A stretch of 63,792 nt of DNA, the filler included, from Reticulomyxa filosa (lineage: Eukaryota; Protista; Foraminifera): the NCBI GenBank assembly GCA_000512085.1. It is 19 parts of 19 records of this genome, joined end to end, with 100 filler letters (N's around TTAATTAATTAA, not from the genome) between each part and the next. Parts side by side here need not be neighbours in the genome. Positions count along the whole stretch, not along the records: positions 1 to 5,313 come from ASPP01008165.1; positions 5,414 to 7,387 come from ASPP01002143.1; positions 7,488 to 8,673 come from ASPP01014707.1; positions 8,774 to 22,013 come from ASPP01017940.1; 15 more parts are not named here. One strand, written 5' to 3'. This document shows positions 1 through 15,150 of this stretch, piece after piece. The translations under genes and the position numbers were made by a program. How positions within the stretch are numbered: the first letter of the stretch is position 1; every line of letters starts with the position of its first letter. The notes below the pieces were generated by a model. The model made no database searches. It was not told the DNA's origin and saw nothing but the letters and a program-made list of their open reading frames with translations.

Positions 1-40
1 AAACCCCCCCCCTTTTTTTTTTTTTTTTAAAAAAAAAAAT

Positions 41-1874
<1,834 letters not shown>

Positions 1875-2391
1875 TTCACAACAACAAAAACAACAACTAC
1901 TAAATAATGAAAAAAAAACAAATAGCAAACAAATATGCAAACATCCAACTTGTTAGATGATTTTTGCAAAATCTTTTGTTTGTTTTTCTTTTTTTAGTTT
2001 TTTGTGGGTGGGGTTCTCTGTTTCAGCAGACTCACAACATTGTCTTTCTCAATTTCGTGCTTTTAAGCCAAACAATTGATTTTGCTAGAAAAATACTATG
2101 GTGATATATTTTATAAAATTGATCTTCATTACAAATATCTGGGGAAATAATAAAAAAAACTATAAGCGATTTGAATCTTACTTTTAGATTTTTTTGAATT
2201 GCAAAGCTTGTGCAGTTACAATAAACAATTTTGAGCGTTTCATGATTCCCTTTGGTCAAAGTCGACAACAAAACTACAAGACCAAGCTTAGATAAAAAAA
2301 AAATAAATAAAATCAATAATCATGTGGTTAGCAAAATAAATCAGTTTTGAAAAGTTGGGTTACTGTTTTGAATTACATCCCCAACTATAAT

Positions 2392-5274
2392 TTATTCTTG
2401 AGTTGCATTGATAAGCCTTTGTCTTTTTTTTGGCGGGCGCAACGATTTCTGTTTGGGTTGCTTTTTTATGTCGTCATTTTTGTGTGTTCGGGAATTCTTA
2501 TTTTCAACTGCTTCATTATCGTCAACTTTATTGTTTGTTTTAGAATTTTCGATATTTGCTTCAGCTAACAAGACTTCACCATTTTTAGCTTTTTCTTTTG
2601 TTTGTGCAATATCGAATTCCAAGCCCTGCAAAAATGATTTAAGATTGAGATCTTTACAATTGTCAATATTTTTCGATTTGAGTTCGGCGAGTTCTTTCAT
2701 TGTATACACCTTATACCGTATTCTTTTCTCCGAATTTTCAGTATCTTGAGTTTTAGTGAGTTGTTTGTCGTTTTCGTCGGTCGTGTTGTTTTGAACAGTG
2801 ATTGACGATCCAGACATACATTCGGTTACATAATCTAACAAGTAGCACTGTTTTATTAAGTTATCAATTCTTTGGTAATGGCGTTTGCTGTAGGCAGACA
2901 AAGCACTCACAATTTCAGCAAACGATTGTTGCCGGACATTTCCACCCAATACTTCGGGTACATCCAAGTTAATGATTTCATTGTCTTTTGATTTGACTTT
3001 GCCACGACGATGTAAATGTGAAATGGTGAGTTTGCACAAATCGTCCAACTCATAGTTTTTAAAAATGACATACAGCAAAAATTGGCTGACCGTACAGTAT
3101 CTACTATTCGTATTCCAGTCATTGATCAAAGTAATCAAAGCACCCAATTGATGTGCATTCAAAGAACGAACGATTTCAGTTAAAATTTCCAACTTTCCGA
3201 TCACATTTTCCTTCTTTCCTTCAATAATTTCCAAAAGTAATTGAAGTAATCTTTGTGGTTGATCCAATTCAATGCACAATTGAACAGCTTTTCCAAATTT
3301 GTTATCACGAATGTAATTTTTGATTTGTGTTTGCTTTGAAGTCCATTCATGTTTTTCTTCCATTTTCATGCGTTCATTTTCTTTTGTTTCATCACGCCAA
3401 ATGTTTAAAATGGCATCAGTGCCCCCAGTGACAAACCACACATTTTCATTCTCAATGTTTCCCCCATTTTCATCTCTGCTTTTTGTTTGTTGATGTAACG
3501 ACAAAATACTCCATACTCGGTCATAGTGTTGTCGATACACTCCATTGCATTCTCCAGTCTTGACAGTCCATAACTTAAGTAATCCATTGCCGTGAGAAGA
3601 TAATATTTGTAATCCATGATTGACAAAGCACAATGTCAATGCACTTCCATCAGTTTTGTTTCCTTCCAATACATTTACACATTGCATCAAATGAGTATTA
3701 TCACCACTCACAAACATCAATGGATCGGATAACTCAGTATTGCCAGATCCAACAAATCGTTTTGGATCGTAGGATTCCACTGACCAAATTCGTATCTCAC
3801 CATTGTTGTGACAGCTCGCTATCAGACGTTCAAATGGCGAAAATTTTACACACCACACACTTCGCCCTTTCGCGTGTTTGGTGGTTTTAATTGGTTTTAG
3901 CCATCGTTGGCTTCCCGCTTCTGTAGTGCTTTCCACACGATACAGCTGTGGAATTATTTTTGAGCACAACATTTTCAACATTCATCAAGTTTTAACATTT
4001 CTTTCCAAATCCAATAGAAATGGAAAAGATATGTGAAAAATACATAAACAGTATTGAATCTTCTTTTTTTTTTTAATATATAAATGCATTTTTTCTTCCT
4101 CTTTCTCTCTGTACAAACCGCAATAGTGCCATCCATGCTCGAAGATACTGCCAACAGACCATTTGGTGCAATGTCAATGCTCATGACCTCACTTTCGTGT
4201 ACAAACACCACCTTTGCACATTTCACTTCGGAAGTCTCATCATCCGATTTGTTCAACAGTTTCTTGTTAATCTCCCACACGCGAATACTCTTATCTACAC
4301 CTCCACTGACAAACCAACAATGATTTGCGTCATTGCAGCTCGCAATGCAATTCACTCCTTCAGTGTGTCCTTCTCCAATTCCTATGCATCTTTTTATCAA
4401 TTCCGCAAAAAGATCAGATCAAAGTTATGTAATTCTTTTTTTAAAAATTCACACTTAAACACATATAATATATACACACATATATGTATACATGTATAAT
4501 AAATCTCAACTTGAGCGTAAGTGAGTCATGTTTCTTCCAAAAGCGAACAGTGTTATCTTTGCTGGCAGTGGCAATAATACCAGTAGCAAGATGAACAGCA
4601 ACAGACATGATAGTATCGGTATGACCATATGTGAGGCTCGCATTAAAAGTTTGCAAATCCAAGATGCGCAATTCTGGACTGTTTGTGGCTATGCAGATGA
4701 TTTGTTCTCTTTTTTCATTGTCGACAGGTATAAGGGCCATATCCAAAATATGATCGTTGTGACCCAACAAAGTCTTTTGACAGGTCATCCCCACAAGAAC
4801 CGAATTTGATTTGTCCGTGCGGGTAATACAATGATCGATAATGTAAATATTCATATCACTGCTTCCGACTAAGCATTGAAAATTCCAACTGCCATCTTTG
4901 TCATGATGCAGTTCGTCTGAGATATATTCATTGACATTCGGTGCGTATTGAATTTGCATCAAAGATTGATTGGTCAATTGCAATGAGTGCTGTTTGATCA
5001 ATGCAAATTGGTTTTTTTTCCGCGACATCCTCTGACTCAAGCCAGTATTTTGCATTGTTTCATGCGACAGTGACATCACCTCATTGCTTTCAGTCAGCTC
5101 TTTTAAGAGACATTGGTGAATAAGCCCATTTTCGTCAGTGATCATTAGCGTATTTCGCAGCTGCGTATTCCACCACTCTTCCGAACATAAAAACGACGAC
5201 ACCGATGTAAAGTTTGAGAACTGGCTAATTACTGCCAAGCATTCATAATTGTTACAATCCCACACGCATAATAC
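2392..5274 (-). CDS. TBL3: TBL3/Utp13-like WD40 SSU processome protein, 5' partial, spliced
   Basis: WD repeats (GHNDHILD, ATNSPELRI, GHTDTIMSV, TASKDNTVRFW) and a Utp13-type C-terminal domain (LDQPQRLL, WNTNSRYCTVSQ, YSKRHYQRIDNL). Introns inferred at ~4391-4510 and 3946-~4117. Confidence 0.85.
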
Positions 5275-5313
5275 CTATTCAACACATATATCAAAAGCAT
5301 ATATATACATATA

Positions 5314-5413
5314 NNNNNNNNNNNNNNNNNNNNNNNNNNNNNNNNNNNNNNNNNNNNTTAATTAATTAANNNNNNNNNNNNNNNNNNNNNNNNNNNNNNN
5401 NNNNNNNNNNNNN
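5314..5413. other. Artificial contig linker, first of 18 (others start at 7388, 8674, 22014, 23261, 25727, 28374, 30370, 32363, 36167, 39943, 42043, 43159, 45268, 49767, 54129, 56695, 58474)
   Basis: Identical 100-nt 44N-TTAATTAATTAA-44N spacer with stops in all six frames; flanking sequences are unrelated. Confidence 0.98.
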
Positions 5414-6547
5414 TTAACAATTTCTTTCAAATGAGCAAGCGTATAATTTTTGATTTGAACTTTGTAATGTTTATTCAATGTTCAAACAATGTCGTCACAT
5501 TGTTTTGACAGTCTATAAGAAAGGTTAAATGTAAATGATTACATAACAATTAACATATTTTTATGAATGGTATTGCAATGATTACATTTGTGCCTGCTTC
5601 CCCTGAACATGAAATCATGAATATTATATCTTTTTTGTTGATTACAATATAGTTATCCATCGAGACATGACCATCTTTCTGTGTATTTGTTATAGATATC
5701 AATGGGTTTGTTAACAATTTGTGATTATCACAACTATGTAACAAGCAATGTTACACGGCAATATAACTTGGCAATGTTATCCTGTGATTGGACATACATT
5801 CCAATGCCAAATGCAATCAGTTGAACATGTGCTATTCAAATATAAAATATTGGCATGCTTTGCAAAGTGGAAAAACTACACACTAAACATCGAGCACAAT
5901 AAGGGGAATATAATGAAAATATTTATACATTGAATTGGTAAAGAAAATGATAGATTAAATCTAAATAATGTCAAGTAATTAGATACAGATATGTATTTAT
6001 GATATTTTTTTATACTAATTAATAACACAATGATTAAACAAATGCTGCAGGATTCATAGTAAATATAATATGTATAATTCTTCATCTGTCTAATTTATCA
6101 AGTACTTCATCATATGCTAGTAATGCTTTCATACGTTCTAAAAATGCAGTATCTAATATATTTGATAAATGTAATTTTGTTCTATTAAATCTTCATCAAA
6201 ATTTTCTGTGTAGTCTTTATGATACTTTAATTTGTGCTATTTGTTTTCGTTTCGTGTTTCAACTTTGTTCATTGTTGTCATCATTGATTGATATAATTAT
6301 GTTATTAATATCGTGGTTCTTTGTATATGTAATAATTGTTTTCTATTATTAATTTATGATATGTCAATTTGTGATATATGTATTCAGTCATTGTTTCATC
6401 TGTTTTGTATTTATGTTCTTTGTTTATGTAATTTGTCATATTTGATCTTACGATCATTTAGTCTTTAAATATAGTTTTGATTCTAGTTTTTCATTCTATC
6501 TTTACAAATTTTTTCAAAAATTTAAATCATTTTTATGTTTAAATTAT

Positions 6548-7387
6548 TTAGTTTTTGTCAAGTGTACTCCATCTTCTATCAGCGCATAATTTTTTACGTT
6601 CATCAACTAATTTAAATAATTTTGGCATCATAGAAAGTATAATAGATGAATCAGTGTTAGTGGTATTTGATGATGATGATGATGATGATGATGTTGGTCC
6701 ATTAGTAGTAGTAGTAGTATTTATATATGTTATTACTACATTTCCATCACATGTACTTGATCTCTTAATTTGTTGACATGTTCTTGTAAATATTGACACT
6801 AGTTCTTTTAATGTTAATTGAACATCAATAAGATTATTTTGTATTGCTCTTTGTGCAATTAAAGTATCTTTATGAATACGAACACCTAATGCAGTTATTA
6901 ATTGTTGACCAGATACAGAAGGTACACATATACATATATGTATATATCTTTTACGATATCTTTCTTGTAAATCTTTTACTTCTCTTTCGAAAATCCCATA
7001 CTGCGGTACGAATTTTATCACGAACAAATAGTTTATTAAATCTTTCAAATGCACGAAACATTTCTCTTGGATCGTATTGTTTCCGTTGTGAATATACATC
7101 TTGTGTACGAAATATTTCATATGCTTCAATTACTTTATTTTTTACATATTTATGTTGAAATAAACGATCTGTTCCTTGTGTTTTTGATATTTTATAAACA
7201 TTACTATTACATCTTTTGATAATATTTCTAATAATTTTTCTGCTATAATATCACGTCCACTATCTCTACCTACTGTATAATTTTGTGTATCCAAATATTT
7301 AAATATTTCTGTTGTTGCTTTTGTTGAATCTTGTACAATTACATTTTGTAATGGAAATCCTAATGTTTGAAATGTAATTATCCAAAA
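6548..7387 (-). pseudogene. AT-shifted, frameshifted coding remnant of unknown identity
   Basis: Protein-like segments in alternating frames (WIITFQTLGFPLQNV..., YDPREMFRAFERFNKLF..., SVSGQQLITALGVRIH) with nearly all-AT third positions. Confidence 0.3.
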
Positions 7388-8279
7388 NNNNNNNNNNNNN
7401 NNNNNNNNNNNNNNNNNNNNNNNNNNNNNNNTTAATTAATTAANNNNNNNNNNNNNNNNNNNNNNNNNNNNNNNNNNNNNNNNNNNNAACTAGTTTTCCT
7501 TTTTTTTTTTTTTTATAGAAAATAATCAAGTTAGGAGGGGAAAAAAAAAAAGGGGAGAGACAGAAATAAATTTTTTTTTTGGCTAACTTTTTGATACTTG
7601 TGTCATGTGTGTGTGGGCTGTCCTTCATGTCGCTTTTCAATGTGAAAAGACATTTCGGAGGTGACGCAGATTCTACTTTGATTGGTTTCTATGATTCAGT
7701 CGAGAAACGAGTCAAAACAAGCAATAAAAAAAACAACAAAAAATTTGGTGACGCTGTTTGGAACACATGTTCTATGTTAGTTGAAGATGTGTCTATGCGC
7801 ACCTTTTCGATTTCTTTTTCTTTATTCTCAGTAGACATGATTGTTGCACGATGATAGGAAGCAATTCAACAAACAAATAATTTCAAAAAAAAACAAAAAT
7901 GAGTAATCCTGATGTCCGTTCCCTTTTCCCGAAAGTGCGTCTTCAAGTGCTTCGACGATATAATAAATATAGACAATTGATTATACATTGTCATTTTGGG
8001 CAGAAGATAGATCTAGCAGTTTCTTGTCTTAGCTACGATACAAGCCGCAACAATAAAAGATGAAATTATAACTTTTATTTCAAAGCATTTAGTACACATT
8101 GCTTCTATTTGTTGTCTTTCCCAATATCTTTAAGTGTTGTTCGTGGAAATTGTATTAAAAAAAAAAGAAGTGACCACCGTTTGGAGGTGTCTTTTTTTTA
8201 AGAAAAAGCGTTGAAAGGGTCGTGCTTTCAAGACAAAAAAATCTGTAACACAGTTTCGGTGTGGAGACAAAAGCAAAAA

Positions 8280-8673
8280 ATGACAGATACTGAGCAACAA
8301 CAAGAAGTACAACACGCAAGTATTGAAGTATTGGGAGTGATTATCCTCTTGATATCTTTGTTTTTGGGGTACTGCTACCACACTTAGTTAATAGTTTTTT
8401 CAACGTGTAGCGAGAAGGGGGGGGGAGGGGAAAAAAACATATACAAAAATTGATTATAATGAGGGGCGGGGGGGAAGTGCTATTTTCAAGAAAGTGGAAA
8501 AGTTTTTTCCTCATGCCAGTGCCAACATCATTTTTGGGATTGCTTTGGGGGGCACTTTGTCGCTCATCCCCAACTTGCGTATAGCCTTCCAGTTCAACGC
8601 GGAATTTTTTTTTTTGTATTTGCTGCCCCCGATTATCTTTTCCGCCGGTTATGAGATTCCCAAAGTTTTAATC
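8280..8673 (+). CDS. Na+/H+ exchanger (CPA1/NHE family), 5' fragment
   Basis: Exon 1 MTDTEQQQEVQHASIEVLGVIILLISLFLGY; exon 2 has the NHE signature FNAEFFFLYLLPPIIFSAGY; cut by linker. Confidence 0.8.
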
Positions 8674-8773
8674 NNNNNNNNNNNNNNNNNNNNNNNNNNN
8701 NNNNNNNNNNNNNNNNNTTAATTAATTAANNNNNNNNNNNNNNNNNNNNNNNNNNNNNNNNNNNNNNNNNNNN

Positions 8774-9866
8774 TACTTTTTCTTTTGATTTGTTTTGTTC
8801 ATCATCCAAATTACTCAGGACGTTCAGTGGACATACAAGCACTGTGTGGAGTATTGATTACTCCACATTTGATGGTGATCAATATCTTTGCTCTGGATCA
8901 AATGATAACACAGTTCGTGTATGGGATGCAGAAACAGCCAAACAAATCAAAGAATTCAAAGGACATTCACATTATCTGTATTGTGTGAAATTTTCACCAT
9001 ATCATTATCATTATCATGGGATGAATAATCGTCGCCCCGCTGTTTGTTCTTCATCACATGACAAAACCATTCGCTTTTGGGATTTTGAAACATCCAAGGA
9101 ATTCCAAGTATTAAATGGACACGCTGAATGGGTTGCTGGAATTACATTTTCACCATTCAATAATGGCCGATATTTGTGCTCCGGATCAGGTGACAAAACT
9201 ATCCGTTTATGGGACGTTGAAACATCCAAGTCATTACATGTTTTCAATGGACATACAGGTGGTGTTTGGTGTGTGGAATTTTCACCATTGCAAAGCAATA
9301 CCAGTAATGATAACAAAAGTAATAGCGTTGGTGTGATTGGTGGTAATGGATATTCAATTTGTTCTGGATCATATGATAATGCTATTCGTTCGTGGGATGT
9401 CGAGACAACCAAAGAACTGACTGTTCTCAAAGGACATGAAGGTTGTGTGAGGAGTGTAAAATATTTACAATATGAAACAAATACACTATGTTCTGGATCA
9501 GATGATAAAAGTATTCGTTTATGGGATATTCGATCAAACAAAGAAATACATGTATTTAAAGGACATACAAGTAATGTGAATGATATTAAATGCTCACCGT
9601 TTGTGAATAATAGTGATAAAGCAACTATTAATTCAATCATAATATGTTCTGGATCATATGACAATACAATCCGTTTTTGGGACATTCGAACAAATAAACA
9701 ATTACACGTAATCAAAGGAAATGAAAATGAAGATAGTGGAATATTTTCACTTCAATTTTCACCACTAAAAAATAAAGAAAGGGGAAACAAAAACACCGAT
9801 GATTGTGTTTGTAGTGTCAGTTTGTGTTATAGTTCATATAATGGTCCAATTCGTATTTGGGGATAG
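8774..9866 (+). CDS. WD40 repeat protein, family A (GGNGY-type), 5' truncated
   Basis: About 7 GH...WD repeats; family hallmarks SPLQS(N)n..GVIGGNGY and C-terminal GPIRIWG. Confidence 0.9.
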
Positions 9867-10384
9867 CACAAAAAAACAGAGGCTGGAAAAAGTAAAATGT
9901 TAATTGATACTTTTTTGATTTTATTAACTTTAATGCAAATGCACTTCCTTCATTACATCAAATCAAATAGTACGTGGTACTTTTGTTGCATATGGAAACA
10001 GTATTTGCGATTTTCAATCTATTTGCAAATCTAAATTTTGCATATAGCTGTCTTGGTTGATGGAATTTTTATTGCTTACAATTACAGTTATATACTTTAA
10101 TTTATTTTTTCTTTTTCAATGAAAATAATATACAATCATCGCAGTCGATAAATTAAAAGAGGACATAATCAATCTAAATCTTATTTGTTTATGTTATCAT
10201 TCAAAGATGAACGTGATAAAAAAAAGAATATTTGCAATCAAGTTAACAGAAGCACAACAACAACTGATATTAAAGAAAACAAAGTAATGATTTCAACAAC
10301 AAATTGGATAGTTATTGAACATAAAAAAAAAGTTTCACTTTAGTTTTTTTCATTTGATAATGGCAAAAAAATTTATTGATATAT

Positions 10385-10760
10385 ATTCGTCCACAAACAA
10401 AAATGATACATTTGCCTGAACCACAATATAAATTGACACTGCAACAATCATTTTTTTTCTTTTTAAATGATACAAATTTAAAAAACGTTATTCCTTCAGA
10501 TCTTTGTCATATACATTATCTCTCTTTTCTCAATTCATATAATTTTTCTTATTTGATCGATCCCAAAAACGAACTGTTTTATCAATTGATCCAGAGCATA
10601 TCACATTTGAATAACCACCAATTTTGATATTCTTCATCACAAATGGTGAATATTCAATAGCATTCACATGACCCTAAACACAAATATCTACCACCATTAA
10701 ACGATGAGAATTCAATGTCACTTTTTTTTCTTCATCCCATTCTTTCAATTTCTTTTCCAA
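10385..10760 (-). pseudogene. WD40 family A pseudogene with large internal deletion
   Basis: Minus strand reads DIEFSSFNGGRYLCLGS, then jumps to VNAIEYSPFV...NVICSGSIDKTVRFWD; degenerate C-terminus CSVNLYCGSG. Confidence 0.75.
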
Positions 10761-10855
10761 TGTTTCTATCTATATTTTCATCTGTTCTTTTAGTGGTTCA
10801 AAAGGATTACACATCCCCTTTTTTTTAAACATCTTCATAGCTCAGTAACATTAAC

Positions 10856-12068
10856 ATGGGCAATCAAAACAAAAGTCAAACTAGTATTATCTCAGCTCCC
10901 TTTCAAAATTTGAAGGATTTGCCCATTCCACTTTCTGATTCTCAATGTGTGCTTCACAAACACGAACTTCTTATTTGTGGAGGTTTTAAACAAAAAGCTT
11001 GCTACACTTATCATACACTCAAAAACGAATACAAGTTTATCTGTGAGTATCCAAGTGATGTTGAAATAAATGGACATTGCGTAGTAAAACTGGTGGATAA
11101 CAACAAAGATACAAATCAAGTCACTTTATTGTCTTTTGGTGGAAAAAAAAAGCATACATTGACAATGAAATATGTAAGCGTTTGGGATAATGACAATGAT
11201 AATGAAATGAATAAATTAAAGAAATCAAACAATTACAATGAATGGACTTCTTTCACAGACAGTCATAATCACCCAATTATAATTGGAAGAAGTTGTGATG
11301 ATTATCATGGACTGCGTGCAGTGACTGGTGGAAGCCACAATAATTTGTTATTTATCACTTATTTTTATAAGAATATTAGTGTATTTGATCTAAATAGATA
11401 TATATTTATTAAACATGATATTTTACCAACAAATTATATTAACTATCATTGCTTTGTATCAAAGTCAGAAAATAGACAAGAAATAGTGAAAAAAAATAAA
11501 AGAATTTATGAAATGCTGTTATTTTGTTATAATACAGGATTTTCAATTAAATATGATGAATATTACAACACTTTTCAATTTCGTCAACTATATGTTTGTA
11601 AGGATATTTCACCATTCAATTCTTATGCGTATGTGTGTATCAATGATATCATCTTGTTCTTTGGTGGAGCAGGTTATAGTACTGTTTCAAAATCAATACA
11701 CAAATATTCAATTCAAGAAAACAAATGGATGGCTTTTCAAAACACTTTACCTAATCCATTATATAATTGTGTTGCAATATTGAGTGCAGATAACACTAAT
11801 ATACACATCATTGGAGGACAAAATGATAAAAATATTTTATCGCTCACATGAAGACAAAAGTGCGTGTATGGGGTACTTCACAGCTGGTAATGATCCATTT
11901 ATTTTATTTTATGATCAAACATAAGTAAATTATATTGTATCAAATAACAAACAGTCAAAAGATGAAATAAGATTTATTATTCAATATTGTGTCCGAACTT
12001 TAGAGATAAAATTAGGATGGATCGATGATTTTGATCGAATTATTGTTGAATACAGTATAACGAAGTAA
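10856..12068 (+). CDS. Kelch-like beta-propeller protein with C-terminal GWIxDF module (1-nt frameshift near 11842, possibly a pseudogene)
   Basis: Kelch-type GG motifs (LLICGG, LLSFGG, ILFFGG...KW, IHIIGG); MGN start. Intron 11887-11954; last exon SKDEIRFIIQYCVRTLEIKLGWIDDFDRIIVEYSITK*. Confidence 0.7.
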
Positions 12069-12849
12069 CAGTTTAATTCATGATATTGATTTTTTCATGA
12101 GAAGCAAAACTAAAGTATCTATACATCATAATCTTTAAATATGGTTTTGGTTTTGATTTTTGTAAAATTTTTTTAAAAATTTGATAGTTGCGTTTGTCTC
12201 GTAATCATGAAGTTTCTTAAGTATTTTCACAAAATATTTATTAAATTTATAAATACTCCAATGTCAACAAATGGTTAATGAAAAATTGAATTGAGTCATA
12301 TCTGTTGTTCAATTTAATTGGGGCTATACAATCGACAGCTAAAAAAAGATCCCCTAAAATGAACCCCTATGAACATTCACGCGCTTCTTCATGAAAAATC
12401 AATATTTATTCAAAATTCTTTTTTAAAATAATATCTAAGCATCGTGGAGAATCCAAAAATATATTTGTTTTTTATAAAAGAGTAGAAGTTATATAAAATC
12501 GTTAATGGTTTTTTTCATTTTTTGAAAATTATCAAATAAATGAAAATAATTTCTATTTTAACTATAGATTCCTTTTTTGCAATAAATCCTGTTTGTGAAA
12601 ACAAAAGAAGTTTGGGGACTTATTTTCTTAGAAGAAACTAACTCATAAAGTTGTTCAAATAAATTTATTGAATACCCACATTCTTTTAACATCTATGCTG
12701 AATTATATTATTAACTTGTGTATTCAAACAAATTTTTCTTTTTAAAAACGACCTCAAAGTTTTTAACGGTCCTGGTATTTTAATTTAAAAAGTTCAAGCA
12801 TTTTCCATCTTTCATCATCGAAGATAATAATCAAGAAAAAACTGAAAGA

Positions 12850-14286
12850 ATGCGTACCATTTTTAAAAAAAAACAAGCGATTGAAAGAGCGACTATTCTA
12901 TACAATGAAAAAAAAGCTTTAATTCAACTGGTAAGCTTCATTTTAAGTCTTAGAAGATTTGCTGTCTTAGATTTTATTTAAAATATTTGTTTATTATGCA
13001 ATTTGTGGTTGAATCAGTCAGAAGAAGAAGATATCCAATTAATTATTCACCATTGGGTTCGAATATTAAATGTCAAATTGGGATGGATTCATGATTTCGA
13101 CAAACTTGTTGCCAAATTTGTTAAGATTTTTTGGTTTGTTTTTTATTAATAAAAATTTTCATTGTTATTACTTGATACAGATAACTACTGTTTTATTCTC
13201 GAGACATTTTTGTCGTCATCTAAATTACTCAAAACATTCACTGGACACACTGATATTGTATACAGTATTGACTATTCAGCATTCGATGATAGTCAATTCA
13301 TTTGTTCTGGATCAAATGACAATACAGTTCGTGTATGGAATATTGAAACTAACAAACAAATTCAATCATTCAATGGACATTCAAGTTCTGTGTTTTGTAC
13401 AAAATTTTCACCATATCATTATTATAACCATCATCGTAATGTCATTTGTTCTTCATCACATGACAAAACTATTTGCTTTTGGGACATCAAGGATAACAAA
13501 CAATTGCAAGTATTTAATGGATGCACAGGTTGGGTTGGTGGTATTGAATTTTCACCGTTTAATGGTGGTCGATATTTATGTTCTGGATCGTATGACAAAA
13601 CTATTTGTTTATGGGATGTTGAAACATCCAAATTACTGTACGTTTTCAAAGGACATGAAGACTGCGTTTGGTGTGTGGATATTTCACCATTGCAAAGCGA
13701 TAACAACAATAATACTAATAAAAGTAATAGTATTGGTGTAATTGGTGGAAATGGATATACTATTTGTTCTGGATCATTTGATGATACTATTTGTACATGG
13801 GATATTGAAACAGCAAAACAATTGGTTTTATTCAAAGGACATGACGGTTGGATTAGGAGTGTAAAATATGGATCAAATAAACTAAGAAATAGTGATGGTG
13901 CAAATACAATATTATCTGGATCAAATGATTGCAGTGTTCGTTTGTGGGATATTCGATCTGGTCAACAGGCCCAAATATTCAAAGGACATTCAAATTCAGT
14001 TAAAGTCGTTGAATATTCACCATTTGTAGAAAATAATAGCAGAATTGGTGGCAGTTCAAATGTAATATGTTCTGGATCATTTGACAATACAATTCGTTTT
14101 TGGGATATTCGATCAAATAAGAATACACTACATGTGATCAATGGAGATGGTTTTGAAGATTGTGGAATATTCTGTCTTAAATTTCTATTATCAAAAAAGA
14201 AAGAAATGAAATGCAATAATAACAGTGATGCTGATGTTCATCTGTGTTATGGTTCATACAAGGGTGCTATTCGTATTTGGGGATAG
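12850..14286 (+). CDS. WD40 family A protein with N-terminal GWIxDF module
   Basis: Exons 12850-12930, 13018-13119 (module) and 13181-14286 (WD repeats). A 1-nt T-run discrepancy at ~13190 is needed to join the frames. Confidence 0.85.
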
Positions 14287-14424
14287 TGAAAAATGTCAAA
14301 AAAAATTAAATTTAAAAACTTTCTTTGCTATCAAACAAAAACAAGAACGTAAAAATTTCAAAAAAAAACTTAATTAAGAATCCTTTATAAGAACGAAAAT
14401 TTTCAAGAAAATTTCAATTTTTCA

Positions 14425-14576
14425 AATAATTAGTAAATATATAATAAAAACCAAAATTATATTTAAAAACTACATATTTTTAAAAATTAGATCTGAATAT
14501 TGTTTTTTTATTAAAAAAATTAATCATCTTATAAGGTGCCGTTTTAGGTGTCAACTCTTTTTTGCATTTTACTGTA
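14425..14576. mobile_element. Degenerate Tc1/mariner-type terminal sequence
   Basis: Aligns by eye to 54297-54427 (aaaactaca...aattagatctgaatattg...gttttaggtg...ttgcattttactg|TA). Confidence 0.6.
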
Positions 14577-15150
14577 TTTTATGTGACCAATATAGGTTAA
14601 ATGCTTTACTTAAAAATTTTAAAAGTATGTAAGCTATGCAAAATTTTAGCTAATAGTTAAAAGATCGTTTCATCACAGTTCAATTATAATATGTAACGAA
14701 ACTGAAGATGAAATTAAGAAATTGTGAGAACATTCCGGGTGGATAGCAGGAACTGACCGGAAGAATAGGAAAACAGAAGCCAAAAGAACATTTTCAATAT
14801 CTGGTGTTTCGATAAAGGCTGAGTTACTTTGACAAATGAACCACAAAAACTAAACACACTCGTTGTTATCTTGCAATGTACTAATATATTTTATTTTTAT
14901 TCTTTGGATTGCTTTAACATAATACATTTTCTCTGCAATACATATTTTGAAATGCATGCACATGAAGTTTTTCTCTGAATTTGCTAGAATTTTATGAAAT
15001 GAAAAGTATGAATAAAAATTAATTTTGGATTCATATGAATGATTTTTTTTAAAAAGCTTTTATCTCTTCCATTAAAAAAAAGAATGAATGAAAAAGAGTT
15101 TTAATAAATAAAATCTTTTTGTTTGGCAATCATTCAGAAAATTTCATTTG

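Noticed and set aside
5358-5369. TTAATTAATTAA palindrome repeated 18 times
   Set aside because: Always centred in 44N+44N; an assembly spacer, not a biological repeat. Gene adjacency across linkers is meaningless.
9014-9715. Long antisense ORFs over WD40 and other genes
   Set aside because: Shadow ORFs produced by codon bias and repeats.
14692-14875. Second possible solo LTR (TGTAA...TTGCA, GC-richer island)
   Set aside because: Termini are imperfect and no target-site duplication is visible.
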